Shown: one piece after another, positions 9,531 through 19,004 of the stretch
How positions within the stretch are numbered: position 1 is the stretch's first letter
How the letters are laid out: every line of letters begins with the position of its first letter
Notes under the pieces: model-generated
Told to the model about the DNA's origin: nothing
Database searches by the model: none
What the model saw: the letters and a program-made list of their open reading frames with translations, nothing else
Translations under genes and position numbers: made by a program
DNA from: Candidatus Aenigmatarchaeota archaeon
GTDB lineage: Archaea > Aenigmatarchaeota > Aenigmatarchaeia > QMZP01
Assembly: GCA_043824495.1 (NCBI GenBank)
Contig: JBDRSV010000024.1
Coordinates: 96,001 to 160,000 of the forward strand
Length of the DNA stretch: 64,000 bases
Direction: 5' to 3'

Positions 9531-10226
9531 TTACCAGTAAAGACCTGGTCCGAATGGGCCGATTGGTACTTCTATTGGTTTATTTGGTTTAGGTTGTGGT
9601 GTGTTCCACTCTTCAGGGAACCCTGGTCCTATACCACAGTCCCCGCATACTGCTATTCGTGGGAATACTTTGTATTCACCGTATGAATAGTCTCCGTAGA
9701 TATCCATGGCTTTCCAGTGATTTCCACTGTACCAACCAAAGAAGAGCTCATCTTCATAGAAGCCAGCGAATTTGTGGTTCTCATAAATTCCCCATACTTT
9801 GACTCCATTATTATCTTCACCAACAAAATATCCATTTGCGTATGTTCCCCATATAACATTTTCTCCGTCATGTGTCCATAGAATAAATCTATGTGGTCCT
9901 GTGTAGTAGGGCATTGTTTCTCCTGTTGTATCAGAAGATCCTGTACTTGGAGCTTCCATTTTGTCTACTGTAGCTTCGTAACTTGAAGGTATAGAAGCTG
10001 TAGCTTCTGTTTTAAACTCTTCTAGCTTATCTGCTACATTCGTTTTCACGATTTCTATATGCTCTGTGTTCACGCTGTTAGCGAATCCAAATCCCCTCTT
10101 CATATCATTCAGTTTCTGAATAAGAGGTTCATAATCCTCGCTTGAAACAGCTTGTGTTGAGGCAATTCCTAGTGCCAATACTGACACGAAAACAATTGCC
10201 ATAATATATTTGGTGTCCATTTTCAC
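9531..10226 (-). CDS. Secreted hypothetical protein with aromatic/Gly-rich C-terminal domain
   Basis: Signal peptide; SD-like GGGGGTGTGA upstream. Confidence 0.75.
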   Translation of the reverse strand: MKMDTKYIMAIVFVSVLALGIASTQAVSSEDYEPLIQKLNDMKRGFGFANSVNTEHIEIVKTNVADKLEEFKTEATASIPSSYEATVDKMEAPSTGSSDTTGETMPYYTGPHRFILWTHDGENVIWGTYANGYFVGEDNNGVKVWGIYENHKFAGFYEDELFFGWYSGNHWKAMDIYGDYSYGEYKVFPRIAVCGDCGIGPGFPEEWNTPQPKPNKPIEVPIGPFGPGLYW

Positions 10227-10294
10227 ACCCCCTTGACATCACCAAGGAATGAACAGGATATAAAGACCATACCGAACAAAAGTGAACAATCATG

Positions 10295-10320
10295 TTATAT
10301 CCCTCTAATTAGACAATATA
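10295..10320. repeat. Block-end motif, copy 1 (block A)
   Basis: TTATATCCCTCTAATTAGACAATATA. Confidence 0.85.
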
Positions 10321-10322
10321 AA

Positions 10323-10353
10323 ACAATCAGGTGCCGAGTGCACACCTAATTGT
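10323..10353 (-). terminator. Terminal hairpin of block A
   Basis: Minus strand ACAATTAGGTG-loop-CACCTGATTGT followed by TTT. Confidence 0.6.
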
Positions 10354-10370
10354 CCTTGCCAATCCTCTTC

Positions 10371-11477
10371 TCATCTCAGCTTCAAAAACGCTATATGAGG
10401 TGCAGGCAGCCACTTGACTAACGATTCAGTCCAAGAGAAAGACCATTTCAGCTTCTTCTTCATCTCGTGAACCTTCATACATTTCACCGAGACTAGATTC
10501 CAGTTCAGGATGCCGAAAGCTGTGCCCAAGAGACCACCGACAAGCATAACGAAGCCCTGTCCTACAAGATCCATTCCGGCGGAGGAAACGAGAAATTTGT
10601 AAGCGAGAAATCCGCCCAAGACTCCGTCAACTGCACACAACACTCTCTGGAAACAGTGAACCATCTTGATGATGTTCCAGATAAACTGACCGATAAATGT
10701 GAGGACCACCGAGATGCACACCAAGACAACGAAAATGACGGTCAGTGCAGTGAGAATTGGGTACCAGACAGAAAGTAGAAGCAAACTGAAGAGAATGTAT
10801 CCCATCGCGTTGAGATACCCGAGTTTTATTTCTCGGCGGTTCTTCTCCTCAAGGAAATACCTCCTTCTTAACACACCGATGTCGTATTTTTGGTCCGTGT
10901 GTCTGCTTATTCCGAGAGCCTCCCCAATACTCTTATAGTTGTACAAAACGTCTTCCCCGCTAGCGTCTTTCTTATCGACCATCATGAAAGGATAGAAGAA
11001 CCTTCCGCGATCACGACTTCCAACAAAAGCGAGGAAAGAAAGAACGCCGGAAAAGATCACAACACAGGCACCAGAGAGCGCCAACAGAAGAATGCTGCTG
11101 AGAGCGAGTTGAAGGATGTTCAGTGTTTCAGCATCTGCGAAAAGACCGGAAAATATGTGATGTGCTGGCCACAAGCCGAGCACAAGACTCGGAAAAAGGA
11201 ACGGGTGTGGCTTCGAGCATAACCAGTCCTTGGCTTTTCCGTAGTTGTCTCTGATATAAAACGGCCAAGTTCCGATATCATCCAACATCTCTCCGAGCAT
11301 CACTTGGATCGCTTTGGCCACCTCACGGAGGTCGTAACCAAAATAACCAGCTGCTCCGCCGGCCAGGAAAGCAGCAACCCACATGTACAACTTGTCCGGC
11401 ATCAGCCACATGGCAGTTGCACAGAACACGATGCCTCCAATGAAGCATCCGATTCCGATCTTCATCCAATCTTTCAT
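10371..11477 (-). CDS. Multi-pass membrane hypothetical protein
   Basis: 368 aa, many TM segments, SD AGGAGA. Confidence 0.8.
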   Translation of the reverse strand: MKDWMKIGIGCFIGGIVFCATAMWLMPDKLYMWVAAFLAGGAAGYFGYDLREVAKAIQVMLGEMLDDIGTWPFYIRDNYGKAKDWLCSKPHPFLFPSLVLGLWPAHHIFSGLFADAETLNILQLALSSILLLALSGACVVIFSGVLSFLAFVGSRDRGRFFYPFMMVDKKDASGEDVLYNYKSIGEALGISRHTDQKYDIGVLRRRYFLEEKNRREIKLGYLNAMGYILFSLLLLSVWYPILTALTVIFVVLVCISVVLTFIGQFIWNIIKMVHCFQRVLCAVDGVLGGFLAYKFLVSSAGMDLVGQGFVMLVGGLLGTAFGILNWNLVSVKCMKVHEMKKKLKWSFSWTESLVKWLPAPHIAFLKLR

Positions 11478-11544
11478 GGCGAAAATCTCCTTCTCGTTGT
11501 ATTTCTTTGTTTATAGTTATCGTCCTAGAATTAATTCAAAACAA

Positions 11545-12051
11545 TCATATCTGCAAAGGTTCAAGCAGATACATCAGACTTCGGTCTCGTAATTCTGTCC
11601 TCTTATAAGGAGGGAGATCTATGAGACAAAGACTGGAAATACTCACGTGCATGGTTTGATACTTGGTTTCGTCTGCTTGGTACATTCCCGTAAAGATTAT
11701 ATTATTCAGGACAAACCCGGAAACTACTGTCCAGATCCAGAATGCCATCCATCCATCGTACAAGAAGACGCTGGCAATCGCTGAAATGATTGCACCCACT
11801 GCGAGAACACCTACCTCAAAGAGAAGCATCGTAAAGATATCTCCCACGGGGTCGTTTTTGTCCTCTTCCCACCAATCCTCCATGACGAGTTCGTGGATAA
11901 TCATGTCAATGAGATTCTGCCTGTTCTGCATTTTCTCGTGGTAGGCTATGAAACGAGTTGGTTGACGAATGTTGTGCCAGATGATCAATCCAATTGGCAC
12001 CCAGATGACTGCTGTAGTGACAAGCAGCCAGAGAACTACTCTAGTTTCCAT
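11545..12051 (-). CDS. Membrane hypothetical protein
   Basis: SD GGAGGGG before ATG 12051; three hydrophobic segments. Confidence 0.7.
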   Translation of the reverse strand: METRVVLWLLVTTAVIWVPIGLIIWHNIRQPTRFIAYHEKMQNRQNLIDMIIHELVMEDWWEEDKNDPVGDIFTMLLFEVGVLAVGAIISAIASVFLYDGWMAFWIWTVVSGFVLNNIIFTGMYQADETKYQTMHVSISSLCLIDLPPYKRTELRDRSLMYLLEPLQI

Positions 12052-12275
12052 GTCCCCTCCAGGATTGATTGTTAGAAAAAATACTAGTATAATCACTCTC
12101 GTTAATTGACATTTCTGTCTTTCGTTGTCGTAGAGTATTGATTCCTAAATTACAGATGATGACTTTACCTCGAACAAGAATCTTGTGCCAGGTGCTAAAA
12201 GTTGTCAGCGATGATAAATGTGGAACATGATGCATAGAATTTAACCTAAAATTTTATAAACCTATACAAAACCTT

Positions 12276-12300
12276 TTTATACCTCTTAATTGACAATATA
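12276..12300. repeat. Degenerate block-end motif, copy 2
   Basis: TTTATACCTCTTAATTGACAATATA; aligns with one gap. Confidence 0.45.
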
Positions 12301-12304
12301 TAGT

Positions 12305-12694
12305 ATGAAGAAAAAAGCAAAGAGGACCACAAAGAAAACAGTGAAAAAACCAGTCAAGAAAATAAAAATAGAAAAGAGAGTAACACCAAAACCAAAAAAA
12401 GAAGAGAAAATTAAATGTCCTTATTGTAAGAGTTCTAGAGTGGTTTGGAGAGGATATAGATACAACGAAAAGACTGACAAGCACTTAAGATTATGTAACA
12501 ACTGTAAGAGAAAGTTCACAAAAAGAGACGAGTTCTTCCGTATGAGATTCGGTGAAGAAGAGATAAAAAGAGCTGTGGAATTATACAAGAAAGGTTATTC
12601 TTCTGCAGAAGTAGTTCAGAACCTGAAAAGAAATCATGGAATAAAGGTTTCAAGATGGACTGTGATCTGTTGGCATAAGAGATACACTAAGTAA
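12305..12694 (+). pseudogene. N-terminal zinc-ribbon + HTH fragment of an IS6/IS1-like transposase, no DDE domain
   Basis: CPYC.S..V...G.R......LC..C.RKFT, then AVELY..G.S...V...L......VSRWTV..W; ends before any catalytic domain. Confidence 0.65.
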
Positions 12695-12713
12695 TTATTT
12701 TTTTTATCAGTTA

Positions 12714-12736
12714 TTATATCCCTTTAAATGGACAAT
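12714..12736. repeat. Block-end motif, copy 3 (block B)
   Basis: TTATATCCCTTTAAATGGACAAT. Confidence 0.85.
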
Positions 12737-12741
12737 GCAAA

Positions 12742-12778
12742 GGGAGAGGTGCAGTATTCCACATCTGCACACTCTCCC
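12742..12778 (-). terminator. Terminal hairpin of block B
   Basis: GGGAGAG-GTGCAG...CTGCAC-A-CTCTCCC; TTT follows on the minus strand. Confidence 0.7.
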
Positions 12779-12809
12779 ACCACATCACCTTTTCAGGCTT
12801 TGCAGATTT

Positions 12810-14684
12810 TTACTTCAGAAGCGTCATCTTTTTGCTTTCCGTCAGGCTGGCCGTTTGCAACCGATAGAAGTACATACCGGACGCGACGGCCTTACCGTAG
12901 CGGTCGGTTCCGTCCCAGCTAACCTGATGTGTTCCTTCGGGCTGGGACCCGTTGACGAGAGTGGCAACGTTGCGGCCGAGGATATCAAAGACCTCTAGCT
13001 TTACGTCTCCTCCCTGAGTCAACTGATAGGAAATCACGGTTCCGGCGTTGAAGGGGTTCGGGTAGTTCTGGTTCAAGCTGAATGATGTAGGAACGGCTCC
13101 TGTTGTCTTGTACGCGATGTTCAGCGTACCTAATGGAATCCACCCAGCCGGAACTGTCCGGCTGTTGTTGATCTCGTCAGCTATCGTTTTGGCCAACTCG
13201 TGATCGCCGAATGGATCGTCGATCAAGTTGTCGCAGTATGTTACCGCCTGTGACACAGTCGCGCCGTCATCGCTAATCACAGCGGTTTGTGCCAGTTTGC
13301 CGCTAGCGACATTGAGTAGCAAAGCCATGAGTTGCTGTCTGGCTCGATCAATCATGTCAACGCTGCCCTTGAGGTTCAGCAACGTCTTCGCGACTTCGAG
13401 CTTGTCTTCACAAAGATCCGACACGGGTGGATCGTACACGACGACCTCGTTCACTGCGTTCGAGTTGAAGTGGCCCGCGATGAGGTCGAGATAGCTACAC
13501 AGAGTTGAAGCATCGATTTGCGCGCGGCCATTCCCACCAGTAGCGACGCCGACGTTGTGTTTCCAGAAGCCGATTGTTCGTTGTTCTCCAGCGTCTGACG
13601 GGCATCCCAATTCAAAGTCGATTTGGGCTGTGCCTTCACAATCGAGATCGACGGACTGTTCGCTCGGAAATGCCGTATACCCGAGGGGGCCAACAAATGA
13701 TACCATGTAGCTGGCCTCACCCGGGAGGTTCTCGAAATCGTAGTAACCGGCTTCATCAGTCACAGCCGATTCTACAAGTACACCGGTGGCATCGAAGACA
13801 TCAATCGTGATACCAAGAACAGAGCAGTCAGCACTCAGTGTGCCCTCAATTGCGGCGAAGCATTCTTCCTCTCCACCTCCGCATGCACACGTTCCATCTT
13901 CCACCTCAATGGCGGTGATGGTGTTGTCGTAGGCGTCCTTTGACCAGACGACGGTCAACGGCGCGAAGTTGATGACGTCGCATTCGAGATCCTCATCCCG
14001 ACCACCGATCGTCGCGAAGTCACTGAGATACACGCCCGTTGTCTTGTCAATGCGAACGATGTTGCCCAGACCATCGCGCCCGATGTAAAGGGTGTTCCCC
14101 GTCCCAACAATAACACCACTTATTCGATCCAGTGTATTGCCGGCCGCGTCGGTCGGATACAACGTTCCCAGATAGGCTCCCGAGCCCGCATCGAAGTGGT
14201 CAATGCCCGTTGATACATCATCGGAAACCCAGACACTGTTATCCGTCGCATCAAAGCCAATGCCGTCGATGAAACAGAAGCCCGGTGTTACCACAGAAAA
14301 CTGGAAAGTGGCTACGCCGGTGGTGGGATCGATGAGATACACGTTCGCCGGACATTCGTTGTCACTGCCTCCCCAGATCATGTTGCGCGTATTGTCCCAT
14401 GCAATAGCGCCGATCGAAACTGGTGTGCCATCCGGTTTGAAAATGGAAACGAAGCCGAGATCGGTGCCGAATTTGTCTATCGAGTAGAGAGTTGGGTCGA
14501 AAGAGTTGGTGTAGAAAATCACACCATCACATCCAACTGCAACACCGATACCGACACCAGACGAGCTTGGAACAGGAACTGTGACGTTCGTGATGACATC
14601 ACCGGGAGCTGCCATTGACGTAGCGGTGATAGCGGTGAAGAGGCAGAACACAACAAGCGCAGTGAAAGCTGTGAGACGCTTCAT
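12810..14684 (-). CDS. Secreted bacterial-type protein: beta-propeller-like domain, carboxypeptidase-regulatory-like domain, C-terminal T9SS type A / FlgD-Ig sorting domain
   Basis: Signal peptide; C-terminal FSLNQNYPNPFN..T.ISY.L...V.L.VFDILGR.V.TLV.G....G...V.WDG....G..VASG.YFYRL......KKM.LLK. Confidence 0.9.
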   Translation of the reverse strand: MKRLTAFTALVVFCLFTAITATSMAAPGDVITNVTVPVPSSSGVGIGVAVGCDGVIFYTNSFDPTLYSIDKFGTDLGFVSIFKPDGTPVSIGAIAWDNTRNMIWGGSDNECPANVYLIDPTTGVATFQFSVVTPGFCFIDGIGFDATDNSVWVSDDVSTGIDHFDAGSGAYLGTLYPTDAAGNTLDRISGVIVGTGNTLYIGRDGLGNIVRIDKTTGVYLSDFATIGGRDEDLECDVINFAPLTVVWSKDAYDNTITAIEVEDGTCACGGGEEECFAAIEGTLSADCSVLGITIDVFDATGVLVESAVTDEAGYYDFENLPGEASYMVSFVGPLGYTAFPSEQSVDLDCEGTAQIDFELGCPSDAGEQRTIGFWKHNVGVATGGNGRAQIDASTLCSYLDLIAGHFNSNAVNEVVVYDPPVSDLCEDKLEVAKTLLNLKGSVDMIDRARQQLMALLLNVASGKLAQTAVISDDGATVSQAVTYCDNLIDDPFGDHELAKTIADEINNSRTVPAGWIPLGTLNIAYKTTGAVPTSFSLNQNYPNPFNAGTVISYQLTQGGDVKLEVFDILGRNVATLVNGSQPEGTHQVSWDGTDRYGKAVASGMYFYRLQTASLTESKKMTLLK

Positions 14685-15228
14685 GGATTTTTATTCCTTA
14701 GGTTGTGAGGGAAATATGACCCTCCGGGTTTGTTTTTCGATTAGTTTCTGATTGTTTGTCGTTTACCACGTTTCCAAGTTAAGGTCCGCGAATCGCTATT
14801 TTCATTGGCATCCTCTCTTTGGGTTAATGTTGTCCGCACAAATTGCGGGATTAAAAGAAGGAAAGACACAAAAGATAGAGTATGTCTTATGTAGACTGAG
14901 AGTAAAATCATTCGAAGAATAAAGCTAATACTATTAAAACAAACATGCATGTTTGATGTGTTTCTTTTCATGTTTTTTGTGTTAGCCAATGTACCGTTTC
15001 TATGGTTAATTGGATTGATTGAGTTGCAATCAATACAAATTTAAATGATGTTCGAATGAGTAGCATGATTTAAATTGTATACAAAAATTGACGTTGATTC
15101 ATCGTCGTTTTTTTGTGTTTTGGTATTTTTTTTGATTCTAGCTTGTCGCTTTTGTCAAGTCTTTAACTCAAGTATATAGCTTACAGGTATTTAAATGTTT
15201 TCTAACACATTTTTTTTAATTTTCTTTC

Positions 15229-15250
15229 TTTTATCCCTTTAAATAGACAT
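15229..15250. repeat. Block-end motif, copy 4 (block C)
   Basis: TTTTATCCCTTTAAATAGACAT. Confidence 0.8.
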
Positions 15251-15257
15251 ATAAAAA

Positions 15258-15321
15258 GGCAAACGGGCGAAGATTTGGAGCCAAACTCTTCTTGATGTCT
15301 CACCTCCGCCCGTTAAATGCC
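15258..15321 (-). terminator. Terminal hairpin of block C
   Basis: GGCA-AACGGGCG...CGCCCGTT-TGCC; TTTTT follows on the minus strand. Confidence 0.65.
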
Positions 15322-15549
15322 GTTGTCCGGCCTATCAATTTACCCGCCGGTTAGGTGAGCACATGTGCTCGTGTCCCAGAGGCGCATGTTTTCATGCCCT
15401 CCTTTGCCGGGTTCTTACGCGAACGTGCTGCTTGACCGAGATAATGTAGCTGCCAGATTCCCCACAACCTTGTTATTGGTGGAACCGCGACAGCGGTCGG
15501 TCCAGTCCGTATGCATCGTAGCCTCACTTGGTGAAGGACTGCGAATCAA

Positions 15550-15579
15550 GAGACGGGGATTCAGAAGAATCCCCGTCTC
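15550..15579. terminator. Perfect 13-bp hairpin
   Basis: GAGACGGGGATTC-AGAA-GAATCCCCGTCTC. Confidence 0.55.
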
Positions 15580-16223
15580 ACGAGTTGACGGTTGGTACGA
15601 GATATATCAAAGGAAGTCTTTATGCCATTGGGTGCATTCCGAAACCTTTAGCCTCGTCCGTCTCCGAGGGATCCTATCAAAGGTTTCATAAAGGAAATTT
15701 CATGGACCTCGTTACGATAGGATCGGAGTGGCGTAAAGCCACGGCCAGAACCTCGAGGTCCCCCAGGATAAGATCACCGTTTGAATATGAGTCAGCGGTG
15801 AACGTAAGGGTGCTGGCGATTCTTCTTCGCATTCAAACCCTCCAGGGAACACTTCGTAATTTGTGTTGTCAGCGGCTGTTTACGAATCGGCGGTGATCGT
15901 TTCCACCACGGTACATGTCGGCGTGGTGACAAACGATGAAGAAGCGACTTCAAAACGCGCGCGGCCATTGCTCGGCGGCGGCGAATGAGCCCAGGCATTG
16001 ACGGCGGTCGCGGCGGTATTCATCCAGGAAGCGACCACTGGTGACCCGCGAAGGGTCGGTAATCGGTTCATAGAGCAAGCTCCATTTCTTCCGATAGGAA
16101 AATTCCAATCCACTTTACAAACTCTCGCCTAAACAGAAAGTATTGTCACATAACTTTCCGTCGCAAAAGAGAATGTGAAGAGGAAACAATTTCGTACACC
16201 TCGTCAAGAGATCGTCTCCATTT

Positions 16224-16589
16224 TCACCCTACATGGGCTAGGCGAGAGGATAGACCAGTTGCTGATAGAGATGTAGAGGGAACCGTTTTCATCCGAAGAT
16301 CTCTCCCGTCCCTCAGGGAGTAAGTTGCTCGTCCACCAGGTTCCCATACCAAGGGAGCTGGCAACTCTGCCATTCTCTCTATCCGACTCTCTGTTGTCAT
16401 CGCCACTACGGCAACAACTCTTAGCCTATCCGGCGTAGGATTATGAGAGTGTAGAGCGAATTCCTCGTTCCATGTTTGTTCTGTATCGCTGCCTGTTATG
16501 ATATCCAATCCTGAAAACGGGATTGGGTCAGCGGTATAAACAATACAGGAACCATATATGAGGTAGCAGAGTGTCATGATTCCCAGCAT
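16224..16589 (-). CDS. Hypothetical protein with hydrophobic N-terminus
   Basis: SD AAGGAG upstream of ATG 16589. Confidence 0.55.
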   Translation of the reverse strand: MLGIMTLCYLIYGSCIVYTADPIPFSGLDIITGSDTEQTWNEEFALHSHNPTPDRLRVVAVVAMTTESRIERMAELPAPLVWEPGGRATYSLRDGRDLRMKTVPSTSLSATGLSSRLAHVG

Positions 16590-19004
16590 GACAACTCCTT
16601 ACAAGGGCACATGGTTATATGGTAAATGCTCTCTCCGTCAACAAATCGTGCCCTCTAAGACATGTTTAGGAGAGAAAGGCGACAACTCATGAAGTGTTCT
16701 TCAGGTGGACCCGTCATCACTGTTATTGCGTTGACGGCCTTCTCCTTGACCCGGACTTAGACGTGTGGCTTTCGGTGTTTTCGCGGCGCGTTTCTGCTGT
16801 TTTGGACTACGCTTCTTGTTGCTCGGAAGCCCGTCTCGGGCACCACCGTGACACGTCATGAAAGACCTCGTTTGTGAGGAGTTCAGTTCAAGCTTGTGCT
16901 GGAACTGTTTGGAACGAGGAATTGTTACTCTTTACGGCGAGCGATTGTGTGTCATCGTAACTCCTTGACAATGGTTTCCACAAGCTCCAAAATAAAAAAG
17001 AGCTGTTGTTTTCAAATTCAGTTGGGAATCTCCTAGCCCGCCCCCAGAACTGACTAGAGGAGATCCCCAACTTTTGTACAGCGCACCCCGTGCATTGTTT
17101 TCAGGGTGGAGGGGCCCGGCGGTCAACTGAGCCCCTCACTGGACGAATCGGTCACAGATAACATGTTACGCATTACCGACTCGAAATCTATGCCACGGCA
17201 GTAGATGGAAGTGGTCGCATCTACCGCCGGGCTTCACGACGTTGTGCATTTTGTCGCCTTCAGCCTTACACAACGCCGTTATTTCCCCACCCACAGGGAA
17301 TTTAATATCGCGGGGCCTCACTCAGGAGACCCCGCTTCCGTTGGGTTTACTACCGAATTGTTCGGTAGCGTTCTTCCACGACAGACATACGCACATGCGC
17401 ACGTCTTCATTTCTTTGAGGACCTACTCATCTCCGATTTGAGTAGGTCCTCGGCTCCCCACAACCCCCCGATCAGCACCGGGAATTTTTTTGAGGGGAAA
17501 TCTGAGCAGATATCTCAGACTCCCCTCCCGTCAGGTCTACCGACCAGCACTTCCGGTTGGACGCCGGAAATTCTTTATTAGAAGGGGTTTCCCCTCTCCA
17601 AGAAACCCCTTCCTCTTCGGCGTAGCGCGTCTCACGCGCTTTAGTGCATCGATCCCCACCGATCAGGTAAAACCCTTGGATGGTTCTCTCCCCGAACCCC
17701 CACTGAAATATTTTGGAACCCCTCATAGATCCCCGTAATCTCCGAGAGGTTCCGACAGCAGCACCATACAAATGGGACTACCGTGACAATCAAAAATACC
17801 GGAATCCACCGCGTCAGAAGAGGATTCCGGTATTCTACATCGCTGGTTGTGTTGAGAGCTTACCCCTTACTGGTCTTAACGAGTATGTTACGTCGGACTT
17901 CCTTTCACCAAATATACGGGTCACTACAGAATACCCGATCGATCCGCTTTGTTGTCTTAATCTCACCAGCGGATAGTGACGCGGTTACAGCCAGCGATTT
18001 CGCCTTTATACAACAGGCGTCTCCAAACCAAAATGGAAATTGGAGTTGTTGCTTCCACACTTCCGGATTTCCCCCTCCGGTAAACTCTAAGGTACTGATA
18101 GGTGACCGCTCGTGTTTCTTGTGTTCGCAATTGCCGATTGCATCAAGCTCTTCGTAGATCTAGATCTGGAAGTAATTAGCAAACGATCACAATAAACAGA
18201 CAACTGGGAGAAGTCCATTTCTACCAGTACCTGGATTTTCTAACCCTCGGGAGGTGTGTACAAGCCTAAGCAGAGTTTGTCCTGTTGAATTGGCCCCGAG
18301 GGTAAGTGGCCTTCCGGAAGAGAATTGGTGAGGTCCTGTAACAGAACTCTATCTCATTCCGGGGTAAAGCTCAAGGCACAGCCAGAAGGAGACGTATTAC
18401 CTTGAGAAGTTGGTCTCCCGAGTGAAGAAATTCGAGATGTCCCATCGATGAAGGACATCTCTTCTCCACTCGGGCTCATTCGTCAGCCTGGAAGGAGAAG
18501 TGCAAGAGTTTTCGCGCAATTACTCTCTCTCCTCCCGGGAAATTTATGACCTCCTGGTCCGAAACTTGTGCCGCGGTAAACCAGAAGGCGTAACTGCTAG
18601 GCTATGTGACGGCCACAGCAGTAGGGATCGAATCCAATACACGAAAGACAGCTAAGACTAACTCTGTCTCGTGTGGTTTACGAGTAAAATTCAGAAATCG
18701 ATAGTCTTCGGCCTCTTCGAGGGAAACTGCTTAAGCGCTTAATTGCAGCGCGTTATGTTTCCTGGTAAGTGACCTGTTCTCTAGGATGTACCGAAGGCTA
18801 ACTTAGTTAGTCTCGGGAAATTCGCGTGTGATTGGTAGAAATGAAACATGAAATGTCCTTATATATAAATGTAATTTAATTACTTAAATAGGTTGATGGA
18901 TAGCTTTAAAAAGGTACTATTAAAATTATTTTTTTGTGAAGGGATCGATATACCAAGTGCTTCCAAAAATAAAGAGTAGAAAAAAATAAGAGTGAAAAAA
19001 GCAA

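Larger units (their letters stand above)
10295..12240 (-). other. Foreign GC-richer block A (two membrane-protein genes); distal end approximate
   Basis: Composition shift, bacterial-type SD sites, motif plus hairpin at 10295-10353. Confidence 0.65.
15229..18850. other. Foreign block C: gene-poor and hairpin-dense; distal end approximate
   Basis: About 50% GC by eye; only one well-supported ORF; many inverted repeats. Confidence 0.65.

Noticed and set aside
10295-15250. CRISPR array or classical integron
   Set aside because: Spacing is 0.4-2.5 kb, no cas genes or integrase are present, and there is no RYYYAAC/GTTRRRY attC architecture
17200-18160. Track ORFs 17205-17441, 17472-17771, 17490-17738, 17713-17976 and 17783-18157
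   Set aside because: They overlap each other, lack SD sites or protein-like features, and coincide with hairpins
18590-18725. Group I intron core (AAGACTA...TAGTCTT as P7)
   Set aside because: P3 pairing and J8/7 consensus are poor, an alternative local hairpin explains the sequence, and there is no host exon
15229-18850. Group II intron
   Set aside because: No domain V (AGC/CGC triad...CGGTTC) seen on either strand and no RT/maturase ORF
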